A DNA stretch of 64,000 bases from NCBI GenBank assembly GCA_963843795.1, contig CAWJLW010000006.1, positions 3,360,375 to 3,424,374 on the forward strand, in the 5' to 3' direction. The notes beneath the pieces are model-generated. The model was given only the letters and a program-made list of their open reading frames with translations, was not told the DNA's origin and did no database searches. Positions 9,725 to 19,359 of this stretch are shown one piece after another. How positions within the stretch are numbered: position 1 is the stretch's first letter; each line of letters opens with the position of its first letter. This DNA is from an uncultured bacterium. GTDB taxonomy: Bacteria > Armatimonadota > Abditibacteriia > Abditibacteriales > Abditibacteriaceae. A program made the position numbers and the translations under genes.

Positions 9725-11167
9725 ATGAATAATCCACAACGCTTATCGCCTTCGTATTCGTTGACTTTGCGCATCGAATATCCCAATTCTGTTGGAATGT
9801 TGGGCCGGGTCACCAGCGCGATTGGCGAAAATGGCGGCGATATCGGCGCGGTTGACATCGTGCAAACCGACCGCGCCATCATCACGCGTGACATCACCTT
9901 CGTCGCCATCGACCGCGAACACGCCAACACCATCATTACCGCTGTACGCGAAATTCCACAAATTGATGTGGTTTCGGTTTCCGACCGCACATTTTTGTCG
10001 CACCTGGGCGGCAAATTAGAAATTAATGGCCGCGTAAGCGTGAAATCGCGCGACGATTTATCGATGATTTATGTCCCCGGCGTCACGCGCATCGCCGAAG
10101 CGATTCTGGAAAACCCCGACGACGTGTGGAATTTATCCATCAAAAAGAACACCGTCGCCGTCATCTCCGACGGCAGCGAATTGTTGGGATTGGGCAATGC
10201 CGGGCCAAGCGCGGCGCTTCCCGTTATGGAATCGAAGGCGCTTTTGTTCAAAGAATTCGCTGAAGTCGATGCCTTTCCGCTGTGTTTGAATGTGAAAACT
10301 GTCGATGAATTTGTCGCCGCAGTGAAGGCGGTCGCGCCGACGTTTGGCGCGATTCATCTCGAAGACATTGGCTTGCCGCAATGTTTTGAAATCGAGAAAC
10401 GTTTGTCGCAAGAATTGGACATCGCGGTTTTGCACAACGATCAGCACGGCACGGCGATTGTGGTTTTGGCCGCTCTGATGAACGCCTTGAAATTGGTGGG
10501 CAAAAGCGCGGCAGATTTGCGTGTGGTGATAAACGGTACCGGCGCGGCGGGTACGGCAACCGCGCGTTTGCTGATGCAATGGGGCGTGCGCGATGTGATT
10601 GTGTGCCAGCAAACCGGTGGTCAAACGCTATATGCGGGCCGTGTTGATGAAGCTGAATTTGCCGAATTGGACGATTTGCGCAATTTGGCTCACGAAACCA
10701 ATCCGCGTAATATCGAAGGCGATTTGAAAACTGCGCTGCACGGTGCCGACGTGTTCATCGGTTTCGGGCGCAAACAATTGTTGCACAAAGCCGATTTAGA
10801 GCAGATGAACGAAGCGGCCATTATCTTTATGATGGCCTATCCCGAACCCGAAGTTTCCATTGCCGAAGCCAGTCAAATCGCGCGCATCGTAGCAACCGGA
10901 CGCAGCGATTTCCCCAACCAAATCAACAATATGCTGTGCTTTCCCGGCTTCTTTCGCGGATTGTTGGATGCGCGTGCGACGGGTGTGACGCAGGAAATGA
11001 AATTGGCCGCCGCGCGCGCAATTGCCGATCTGGTGGCGCGCGATGAACTCAACGATGATTACATCATTCCCAGCGTTTTCAATCGCCGTGTTGCCAAAGC
11101 CGTTGCCAAAGCTGTTGTCGATTCGGCAGAAGATAGCGGCGTCGCGCGCGGGTCAGTGCGCGCTTAA
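9725..11167 (+). CDS. NAD(P)-dependent malic enzyme with N-terminal ACT domain
   Basis: ACT domain (GMLGRVTSAIGENGGDI), DDLSMIYVPGV, HLEDI, NDQHGTA, GTGAAG, ATGRSDFPNQINN. Confidence 0.92.
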   Translation: MNNPQRLSPSYSLTLRIEYPNSVGMLGRVTSAIGENGGDIGAVDIVQTDRAIITRDITFVAIDREHANTIITAVREIPQIDVVSVSDRTFLSHLGGKLEINGRVSVKSRDDLSMIYVPGVTRIAEAILENPDDVWNLSIKKNTVAVISDGSELLGLGNAGPSAALPVMESKALLFKEFAEVDAFPLCLNVKTVDEFVAAVKAVAPTFGAIHLEDIGLPQCFEIEKRLSQELDIAVLHNDQHGTAIVVLAALMNALKLVGKSAADLRVVINGTGAAGTATARLLMQWGVRDVIVCQQTGGQTLYAGRVDEAEFAELDDLRNLAHETNPRNIEGDLKTALHGADVFIGFGRKQLLHKADLEQMNEAAIIFMMAYPEPEVSIAEASQIARIVATGRSDFPNQINNMLCFPGFFRGLLDARATGVTQEMKLAAARAIADLVARDELNDDYIIPSVFNRRVAKAVAKAVVDSAEDSGVARGSVRA

Positions 11168-11178
11168 TTTTGGCAAGC

Positions 11179-11212
11179 AAAAGCGCGCTGCAAGTACTTG
11201 CAGCGCGCTTTT
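11179..11212. terminator. 34-bp perfect palindrome, likely bidirectional terminator
   Basis: AAAAGCGCGCTGCAAGT|ACTTGCAGCGCGCTTTT plus a T tract, between convergent genes. Confidence 0.72.
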
Positions 11213-11226
11213 TTGTTTTTCAATTT

Positions 11227-11826
11227 TCAAAGACTGACAATCGGCGGCTCGGTTTCTAAGGGCGTGCCATTGGGAGAACCTTTTGGTGCGTTGTAGGGTG
11301 CAGATTTTTCCACTGGCAAGACCGATTCGACGCGATACGCGCCGTCTTCGAGCACCATAAAATACAGTGCGCTCACTACAATATCGTCTTTACCAATTAC
11401 GAAAACCTGCGTTTGCACATGAGCGCCATCGGGCGTCATGATAGCTTCACCGTAGTGCACGCTTTTCGAGTGCGCGAATTGCGGATAGGCTTGTGTAATC
11501 GCGCTGCGAAAGTCTTCGACCGTCGGGAAATTCTGACGTAAACCGCGACTTTGCCAGCGCGCGGCGGCCTGATAATCGTCTTTACGAAAAGCTTCCAATT
11601 GATTTGAAATTGCTTGTTGCACTGCTTTCTTTTCTTTCGCGCCCGCCGTTTTCCAATCTTGCGCCGCCTCGTTTTGCGCGCCACGCATTGCTTCCAAGCG
11701 CCGCGCCATCAACGCATCGCGCTGATTTTGATCGGCGTCGCTTCTATCGCGCAGCCACAATGCGCTGCCGATAACTAAGAGCGCGCTCATCGCCAACAAC
11801 AAGCGTAATTTGTTTTTCAAATCCAT
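11227..11826 (-). CDS. DUF4864-like membrane-anchored protein
   Basis: N-terminal hydrophobic helix; ISNQLEAFRKDDYQAA...FPTVEDFRSAITQAYP. Confidence 0.7.
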   Translation of the reverse strand: MDLKNKLRLLLAMSALLVIGSALWLRDRSDADQNQRDALMARRLEAMRGAQNEAAQDWKTAGAKEKKAVQQAISNQLEAFRKDDYQAAARWQSRGLRQNFPTVEDFRSAITQAYPQFAHSKSVHYGEAIMTPDGAHVQTQVFVIGKDDIVVSALYFMVLEDGAYRVESVLPVEKSAPYNAPKGSPNGTPLETEPPIVSL

Positions 11827-11853
11827 TGGATTTTCCTGTAAAAATCAAGACGC

Positions 11854-13129
11854 TCAATACAGCAAGTAACTTGCGCCGCCAATTCGCGAAATTATCGCGC
11901 CCTTTGTTCCAGCGCGCCCACAACTGCGCGCCACTTTCGCCCTTCAGAAACGCTCGCCGTATGTCCGAAGTGCCGCATACCAGATCGAACATTTTAGTTT
12001 TGGCACTGTTAGGAAACCATTTCTCAGAAGCAAAACGTTGGCCGTCGATTTTACGCAGCGCATCCATCAATTCGAAATTCACGCGAGTGAGTTGCGCGCG
12101 TTGCACATCGGTCACGATAACCTGCACGCCCTGACAATTTCGGCCCGCGTAGGTGCCGCTTTTCGGCGTCCATTGCGCGGCGCGAAATTCGATGCCCACA
12201 ACTTTGCGCCGCGCCAATTCCTGTTCCAAACGCCGCGCATCGAGACTGGGCGCACCCGCAACTTGAAACTGATATGGCGTTCCGATGCCAATCGACAGCA
12301 GCGAAAGTTCGCCCACAATTCCCGTCGCCGCGTAATAAAATGGGCTTTCCGAACGCGGAATATTCGGACTGGTCGGAATCCATGGCAAACCGGTGTCGTT
12401 CCACGTCATTGTGCGCTTGTAACCGCGCAATTTAACGACTTTCAAATCGCACGAAATTTTGCCCGGCAAGTATCTGCGCGCATTGATTAAAGTCGCCACT
12501 TCGCCCATCGTCAAACCGTGACAATAAGCAATCGGATACGGCGACACAAACGACAAATAAGAATATTGCGCCGAAGATCCTTCGACACGATTGCCGCCAA
12601 TCGGATTGGGCCTGTCTAAAACGACAAGCGTTTTTTTATCGCGTGCGCACGCCGCCATCACTTCGCCGAGGGTGGAAATGTAAGTGTAAGAGCGCGAGCC
12701 GATGTCCTGCATATCGAAGACCAAAATATCCAACGTTTTCATTACCGCTGCGCTGGGTCGTTTACTGGAACCGTAAAGCGAATAAATCGGCAGGTTGGTT
12801 TGGGCATCGCGCCCATTTTTCACGGTCGCGCCCGCCGTGGCCGTGCCGCGCAAACCGTGTTCGGGGCCAAAAAGCGCCACTAATTTGCAATTTTTGGCGC
12901 GATAGAGAATGTCGATAGTCGAAGTTCCATCGCGCGCAATGCCGGTCTGATTGGTGACAAGTCCGACGCGCTTGCCGCGCAAGATGGCGAAATCGTCGTC
13001 GCGTAACACATCAATGCCGGGCGTAACAGAGTTTTGTGCACGCGCCGGAATTTGGCATTGTGGCGCTGCAAGTACTTGCAGCGCGATGAGGAAAAAAGTG
13101 CAGATTAAGGAAAACTGTTTCAGTTGCAT
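11854..13129 (-). CDS. DUF1343 / NamZ-family exo-beta-N-acetylmuramidase, with an apparent 1-nt insertion near the 3' end
   Basis: VGLVTNQTG, LFGPEHG, FDMQDIGSRSYTY, LDRPNP, HGLTMGE, WIPTSPN. The family-like end RKYLLY* is restored by deleting one A at 11868/11869. Confidence 0.88.
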
Positions 13130-13217
13130 AAGTCCTGAACAGTATGCGTTGCGCTGCAAGTACTTGCAGCGCGCTTTATCGCCACCAAATTATTTATCAG
13201 GTTTCCAAACCGTTTCT

Positions 13218-15455
13218 ATGCGCCTTCTTCTTTGCTGTTTATTGCTGGCTTTTACTTCCCAGACGCGCGCCCAAAATGCGCCTCAATTGCAAAATCTGAC
13301 TCCCACACAGCACGTCTGGCAACGCAGCGAATGGGCTTTGTCCGGCATCGAAAACCAAAATGCCAATCCATACGATCCCGATCAAATCGCCATTGACGCA
13401 ACTTTCACTTCGCCGACGGGCAAAACCCAGAAAATCGCCGCGTTTTGGATGCAGGATTTCACGCGCACGCAAGGCGAGAAAGACAAAGAAATTCTCAGCG
13501 ATAAAGGCGCCGGACAATGGCGCTTGCGCTGGACGCCAACCGAAAGCGGAATGCATCGCATCGCGATTGTCGTCAGTCGCAATGGCAACGCTGCACAACG
13601 CATCGCAAGTACTTGCAGCGTAAAATCTGCCGTCAAAAGCTCACGCGGCTTTGCGCGCGTGAACGCCAACCAACGTTATTTGCGCACCGATAATGGCGCG
13701 CCGCTTCCGCTGCTGGGCGAGAACGTCTGCTGGCCGGATGCTAATCGTGGCACTTACGATTACGACCGTTGGCTGCCTGCAATGCAAAATGCCGGCATGA
13801 ATTACGGGCGTTTGTGGATGTGGCACAATTCGTTCGGCGCGGAATTTTATGGCAATGAGCGATTGAATTACAATCAAAAACGTCTGTGGCAATTAGATTA
13901 CACGCTGGATGAAGCAAACTCGCGCGGCATTTATATGATGTTGTGCTTGGATTATCACGGAATTTTCCAAACCGAACCCGATATGTGGGGCGGCAACGCA
14001 TTCTGGAATCAGCACGCTTATCAAAAGAAAAATGGTGGCCCGTGCGACGTGCCCAACGATTTTTTCACTATGCCAGCCGCGCAGGAATTGTATCGCAAAC
14101 GTTTACGCTACATCGTGGCGCGTTTTGGCGCGGATACGAACATCTTGAGCTGGCAATTTTTCAACGAAATCAACAACGTTTACGGCGATGGCCCGTTGAA
14201 ATTGAAACCCGCCGATGTAGTCGCGTGGCACGCCAAGATGTCCGATTACCTGCGTGGCATTGATCCTTACGATCATTTGCAAACCAGCAGTTTGGGTTCC
14301 GATGGGCGTCAGGACGCGCTGTGGCAACTGCCCGGAATGGATTACGCGCAATATCACTGGTATGGCAACTGGGGCGGCGCTTACACCGAAATCACACACA
14401 TGGCGGATGACATCGCCGCAACTTATCATCAAAAGTTCAACAAGCCGATGGTAGTCAGCGAATTTGGCACCGATGGCAGCGGAGCCAACAGCAAAAGCGA
14501 CCCACATCGGCGTGGTTTGCGCCAAGCGCTGTGGGGCGGCATTTTCGGCGGTAGCGCGGGCACCGCGATGCCGTGGTGGTGGGAAAACATTCACGACGAA
14601 AATCTATATCCTTTGTGGCGCAGTTTGCGCGACTTTTTGCCTGCTGATTTTGGTAATCAAAAGTGGCAACCGCTGGGCACGCAACGTCCCGCACAAGATG
14701 CAATTTTGGGCGCGATTAAACCCGGTGGCCAAGCCTTTACCGAACCAATCGCTCTGCGCGATCAATGGGGCGGCACACCGCGCGGCGCGCTAACCATTAA
14801 CGCCGTGGGCGATGGCGCTAACAGTTCGCTGAACGGCTTCGTGCACGGAAAAGACAAGCCCGATTTACAGCGTCCGTTTCGCATTCTGGCACAATTGGGC
14901 GAAGGTGCGAAACTGATTTTGCATCTCAATTCGGTGGCAAACGGACCAATTTTGCGCGTGCGCCAGAACGGACGCGAACTGTTAAAGCGCGAACTGCCCA
15001 ACAAAGATGGCGGCTACGAGCGCAACCACGAATACGATGAAGACATTGTCATTCCATTAGAAGCCGGGCGCGCCGACATTGAGGTCGATAACGTGGGCGC
15101 CGATTGGCTGTTTCTCGATTGGGCGCGTTTGGAAGGCGCGCTGCCGACGCAATTGGCTAACGATCAAATCAAATTGGAAACGCATTTGATGGGCGACGGG
15201 CGCAAGTACTTGCTATGGCTCGTCGATAATCGCTTCGTGTGGCCGCGCGGCGCACTCAGCGACGAGCAAAACGTCAGCGGCGCAACAGTAAATTTGCCAG
15301 AAATCAAAGCCGGAAACTATCAAATTCGTTGGTGGAACACGAAAACCGGAAAAGAATTAAAGCGCGCGAGTGCCAAAGTTGTCGATGGCAAGTTGCGTTT
15401 GCCGGTGGTTGATTTCACAACCGATGTCGCGGCGATTTTGGAGCCGCGCAACTAA
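13218..15455 (+). CDS. Secreted DUF5060-domain, GH5-like glycoside hydrolase
   Basis: Signal peptide, NPYDPDQIAIDATF...WRLRWTP (DUF5060-like), WQFFNEI, VVSEFG. Confidence 0.72.
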   Translation: MRLLLCCLLLAFTSQTRAQNAPQLQNLTPTQHVWQRSEWALSGIENQNANPYDPDQIAIDATFTSPTGKTQKIAAFWMQDFTRTQGEKDKEILSDKGAGQWRLRWTPTESGMHRIAIVVSRNGNAAQRIASTCSVKSAVKSSRGFARVNANQRYLRTDNGAPLPLLGENVCWPDANRGTYDYDRWLPAMQNAGMNYGRLWMWHNSFGAEFYGNERLNYNQKRLWQLDYTLDEANSRGIYMMLCLDYHGIFQTEPDMWGGNAFWNQHAYQKKNGGPCDVPNDFFTMPAAQELYRKRLRYIVARFGADTNILSWQFFNEINNVYGDGPLKLKPADVVAWHAKMSDYLRGIDPYDHLQTSSLGSDGRQDALWQLPGMDYAQYHWYGNWGGAYTEITHMADDIAATYHQKFNKPMVVSEFGTDGSGANSKSDPHRRGLRQALWGGIFGGSAGTAMPWWWENIHDENLYPLWRSLRDFLPADFGNQKWQPLGTQRPAQDAILGAIKPGGQAFTEPIALRDQWGGTPRGALTINAVGDGANSSLNGFVHGKDKPDLQRPFRILAQLGEGAKLILHLNSVANGPILRVRQNGRELLKRELPNKDGGYERNHEYDEDIVIPLEAGRADIEVDNVGADWLFLDWARLEGALPTQLANDQIKLETHLMGDGRKYLLWLVDNRFVWPRGALSDEQNVSGATVNLPEIKAGNYQIRWWNTKTGKELKRASAKVVDGKLRLPVVDFTTDVAAILEPRN

Positions 15456-15500
15456 AAATGTGCGCAGCAAGTACTTGCACACCCTTTCAAATTAAGAATC

Positions 15501-17300
15501 ATGTCACTTATCAAAAATTTCACTTTAGCCACTTTCATTTGCAGTGCTCATTCTGCTTTTGCCACAACGTATCAAGTCGCGCCACAGCCGTTGCCCAACG
15601 TGCCCGCAACGCTGCAATTTCGCACTATTAGCGACGCTGCACAAAAAGTCGCGCCGGGCGATGTGGTGCAATTGCATTCGGGCACTTATCGTGAAACCGT
15701 GAATATCAAAACTAGCGGGACGCGCGAAAAACCGATTCGCTTTGAGGCCGCGCCGGCAGCCAATGTCACGGTCAGCGGGGCCGATATTCTGGACAAATGG
15801 GAAAAAGTCGCTGATACCGGTGCGGATAATGTTTTCGTCACCGATTGGGATCATCGTTTCATCAATTGGAGCAAAAACATGACGCATCCCGATGACGATT
15901 ACCATCTGCTCATCGGGCGCGGCGAACAAGTGACGGTCAATAATTACGCGCTGCGTCAGGTGTTGTCACGCGATAAATTGACGCGGGGGACTTTTTTCTC
16001 GGATGTCGAAAACAAAAAGCTTTATCTGCAAACTTCGGATAATTCCGATCAGTTGGCCAAAGATGATGGCTGGAAGCCGCGTGTCGAAGCCGCAGTGCGT
16101 GAGGTATCGTGGAATTGTGGCGGCGATTGGGTGCAGTTGCGCGGCGTGACGTTTTCGATGTGCGCCAATTCAGCGCAAAACGGCATGGCCAAATTCAGCG
16201 GTCGCTTCAACAGCATTTCGGATTGTAACTTTCTCAATTCCAACGGTTCGGGCGCTAATTTTCTGGCTCCTGATATTACGGTGCGGCGCTGCACTTTCGC
16301 CGATAACGGCCAACTTGGTTGGAGCGCAAAAGGTGCGCATCGGATGCTGATGAGCGATTGCCTGACCACGCGCAACAACCTCAAAAATTTTTCGCGCGGT
16401 TGGGAAGCGGGTGGCGATAAAATTGTGCTATCGCGCGAGATGATTATCGAAAAATCGCGCTTCATCGCCAATCGCGGCATCGGTATCTGGTTCGATATCG
16501 GCAACGAAAACAACACCGTGCGCAACTGCCTTATCGCCGATAACGAAGACGCGGGTATTTTCTACGAAATTTCTTACGGTTTGCACGCGCACGACAACGT
16601 CATTATTAACAACGGTTTCACCGCTGACCCGTATGCGTGGGGCGCAAACGGCGGCATCGCATTGAGTTCCTCGCCGGGTTGCGAAATCGAGCGCAATTTA
16701 ATACTCGGTAATAAAGAAGGCTTTCAGTTCCGCGAAGCCAAACGCACCACGCCACGCATCAACGACACAATGAGCACCGACGATGTTATTAACAAAGCCC
16801 CTAACGAAGAAGCGGTGTGGAATCACGATCAGAAAATTCACAACAACGTTTTTGCATGGAATCGCGATGCGGGCGTGTGGGGCTGGTTTGATGTGAACGA
16901 TCAGCGGATGTGGCCGCGCGCGCTGTGGGAAAAAAATACTGCCGACAAAGCCGCGCCCGGCGATATGGCAGCGGACTACGTGGCGAAAGGCCAAGTAAAA
17001 ACGCCACAAAATATGGCGTTGCCCGATTTGAATTTTCAGTTTTCCAACAACCTATACACGCCCGGCGATAACGGCGGCGTGTTCAACTGGGGCACGGGCT
17101 GGAAACGCAACCGCAAGTACTTGCAAATCGCCGAAGTCAATAAAGAGTTGAATCTGGAACAAAACAGCGTGGTCGCGCCGTTTGCCGTGAAAGATTATCT
17201 GACACGAGATTTGCGCGTGCCAGCAGATTCGCTCGCTCTGAAAATGAAATGTTATCCGCAAGGCGAAGTTCCGGGCGTGATGCTGGGCGTTTTGAAATAA
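15501..17300 (+). CDS. Secreted right-handed parallel beta-helix protein
   Basis: Signal peptide, FRTISDAAQKVAPGDVVQLHSGTYRE, GIWFDIGN, GIFYEIS. Confidence 0.82.
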   Translation: MSLIKNFTLATFICSAHSAFATTYQVAPQPLPNVPATLQFRTISDAAQKVAPGDVVQLHSGTYRETVNIKTSGTREKPIRFEAAPAANVTVSGADILDKWEKVADTGADNVFVTDWDHRFINWSKNMTHPDDDYHLLIGRGEQVTVNNYALRQVLSRDKLTRGTFFSDVENKKLYLQTSDNSDQLAKDDGWKPRVEAAVREVSWNCGGDWVQLRGVTFSMCANSAQNGMAKFSGRFNSISDCNFLNSNGSGANFLAPDITVRRCTFADNGQLGWSAKGAHRMLMSDCLTTRNNLKNFSRGWEAGGDKIVLSREMIIEKSRFIANRGIGIWFDIGNENNTVRNCLIADNEDAGIFYEISYGLHAHDNVIINNGFTADPYAWGANGGIALSSSPGCEIERNLILGNKEGFQFREAKRTTPRINDTMSTDDVINKAPNEEAVWNHDQKIHNNVFAWNRDAGVWGWFDVNDQRMWPRALWEKNTADKAAPGDMAADYVAKGQVKTPQNMALPDLNFQFSNNLYTPGDNGGVFNWGTGWKRNRKYLQIAEVNKELNLEQNSVVAPFAVKDYLTRDLRVPADSLALKMKCYPQGEVPGVMLGVLK

Positions 17301-17344
17301 AAATTGGCGCGGCAAGTACTTGCGGGGCAGTTTTAACAAATCTT

Positions 17345-18223
17345 ATGCTTGACAATACTTTAAATCGTCGCAAATTTTTGGGCATAACCGGCGTGGCCGC
17401 ATTTTCGGTCACGCGCCGTAGCTGGGCGCAAAATCCGGCGCAGCTTAAAATTGTTCGCGCCCGGCGTCCACAAGCGCCGTTTCGCGTCTGGTTTCAACCG
17501 CGTTTATTCGACCGCGACATGGACTTGTATGCGAATATGACGGTTGATGCCAGCGGTTGGCTCGATCCACGTTTGGCCGAATTGACCGGTAAAACTACGC
17601 TCGTTTGGGCTTATGGGCTGAATTATCCTTACGAAGACGGTGCCAATTACTGGCGCGAAGTGGCGACGGAAAAAGCGCGTTCTCGTTCGAGTGCGGATTC
17701 GCAATTCATCGCAGCGGGCATCGCGGTTGATGAGTGGGTGCCACCAGCGCGGCCCGACAACGAACAACATTTAGCCGCTGGCTTGCGCGCCGCCAAACGT
17801 GCCGACCCAAACTTGTTCATCGCCGTCTGGCTGACTGATGCCACGCCCGCGCTGTATGAATTGGCGCGCGATGGCACCGTCGATTTGCTGATTATTGAAG
17901 GCTACACGCATAGTGTTGAGCCAGAACTGAGCACCAACTGGGACACCGCGTTGCGCCGTTGTGCTGAAGCTAAAGCGGCGGGTGTGATGGACAAAACCAT
18001 CTTTTGCTTTGGCCACATCACCGACCGGCTCAACGTGCGCGGCGAACACATCACAGCCGCCTCAATTCGACAGCGCGCACAGCAATTGAAGGCTTTGTAT
18101 CCACAAATGCCCGGCATAGCATTTTTTCAAAGTACTGATCCAGAAACGCCCGAATTGCGCGAATTGGTGCGCGCCTGCGACCGCATTAGCGCCGAAATGT
18201 GGCCCAACATCGCACAAGCTTGA
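17345..18223 (+). CDS. Tat-exported hypothetical protein
   Basis: NRRKFLG twin-arginine signal ending in SWA; no family recognised. Confidence 0.6.
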   Translation: MLDNTLNRRKFLGITGVAAFSVTRRSWAQNPAQLKIVRARRPQAPFRVWFQPRLFDRDMDLYANMTVDASGWLDPRLAELTGKTTLVWAYGLNYPYEDGANYWREVATEKARSRSSADSQFIAAGIAVDEWVPPARPDNEQHLAAGLRAAKRADPNLFIAVWLTDATPALYELARDGTVDLLIIEGYTHSVEPELSTNWDTALRRCAEAKAAGVMDKTIFCFGHITDRLNVRGEHITAASIRQRAQQLKALYPQMPGIAFFQSTDPETPELRELVRACDRISAEMWPNIAQA

Positions 18224-18276
18224 AACTCGATAAGCGATAAGGAAGAGACGCCGCAAGTACTTGCATCACAACTTTT

Positions 18277-18702
18277 ATGCAAATTCAAGAACTTACTACA
18301 CCCGAACAATGGCGCGAAGCCTATCCCGTTATGCACGAATTGCGCGTCGATGTAAACCAAGATGATTATTTCGATTTACTGCAAGTGATGATTACAGAAG
18401 GTTATCGAATGTTTGCCCTACGCGATGATAACAACGCAATTGTTGCGCTCGCTGGCGTCGCGGTTTTGACTAATTTTTATTACGGTCGCTACATCTGGGT
18501 TTACGATTTGGTGACTGCAGACGCGGCGCGTTCGCGCGGTTACGGCGCGCAATTATTGGGGTTCATTGAAGAATTTGCGCGCGAGGAAAATTGCCAAACC
18601 ATCGCGCTGTCGTCGGGGATGCAGCGCGTTGATGCGCATCGGTTCTATCTGGATAAAATGAATTACACCAAACAAAGCTTTGTTTTTACTAAAAGGTTGT
18701 AA
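18277..18702 (+). CDS. GNAT family N-acetyltransferase
   Basis: DLVTADAARSRGYG acetyl-CoA motif; AHRFY. Confidence 0.9.
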   Translation: MQIQELTTPEQWREAYPVMHELRVDVNQDDYFDLLQVMITEGYRMFALRDDNNAIVALAGVAVLTNFYYGRYIWVYDLVTADAARSRGYGAQLLGFIEEFAREENCQTIALSSGMQRVDAHRFYLDKMNYTKQSFVFTKRL

Positions 18703-18711
18703 ATTGGAAGT

Positions 18712-19314
18712 ATGAAAATTGAACGCGCCAACATTCGCGTGGTCGCTTTGTGCGGCAGTCTCAACGATGACAGTTCGACGCGTCACGCGTTGGAAATCGC
18801 GCTCGAAGGCGCACAAAATCAGGGCGCACAAACCGAACTCATCGATTTGCGCGATTGGAAATTGCCGTTTTGTGGACAAGATTACAAGACGCAAGACTTC
18901 CCCGATGTGGCGCGTTTACAAAATTCCATCGGACAAGCTCATGGTTTATTATGGGGCACGCCGGAGTATCACGGCAGCTTTAGCGGCGTATTGAAAAACG
19001 CGCTCGATTTGCTGGGTTTCGATGAAATCGGCGGCAAAATGATCGGATTAGTCGGCACAGCGGGCGGCAGTATGGGCGCGTTGAATTCCCTCAATCATCT
19101 GCGCACCGTCGGGCGACAGTTGCACGCCTGGGTTTTACCGGCACAAGTTTCTATCGGCAGTTCTCATCAGGCTTTCGACGAAAACAGTGCGGCGCGCGAT
19201 GAAAAAATCGAAGCGCGTTTGCACGATTTGGGGCGAGATGTGGCTCATTTCGCGTATTTGCATTCCATCGCCGACGATGAATTTCTGCACGCGTGGGAAA
19301 ATCGCAGCGCTTAA
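18712..19314 (+). CDS. NAD(P)H-dependent FMN reductase
   Basis: CGSLNDDSST, TPEYHGSFSGVLKNALD, TAGG. Confidence 0.9.
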   Translation: MKIERANIRVVALCGSLNDDSSTRHALEIALEGAQNQGAQTELIDLRDWKLPFCGQDYKTQDFPDVARLQNSIGQAHGLLWGTPEYHGSFSGVLKNALDLLGFDEIGGKMIGLVGTAGGSMGALNSLNHLRTVGRQLHAWVLPAQVSIGSSHQAFDENSAARDEKIEARLHDLGRDVAHFAYLHSIADDEFLHAWENRSA

Positions 19315-19359
19315 AACGCCCTGCAATTACTTGCAGAGCATCAGGAGAACTTCAATTCC

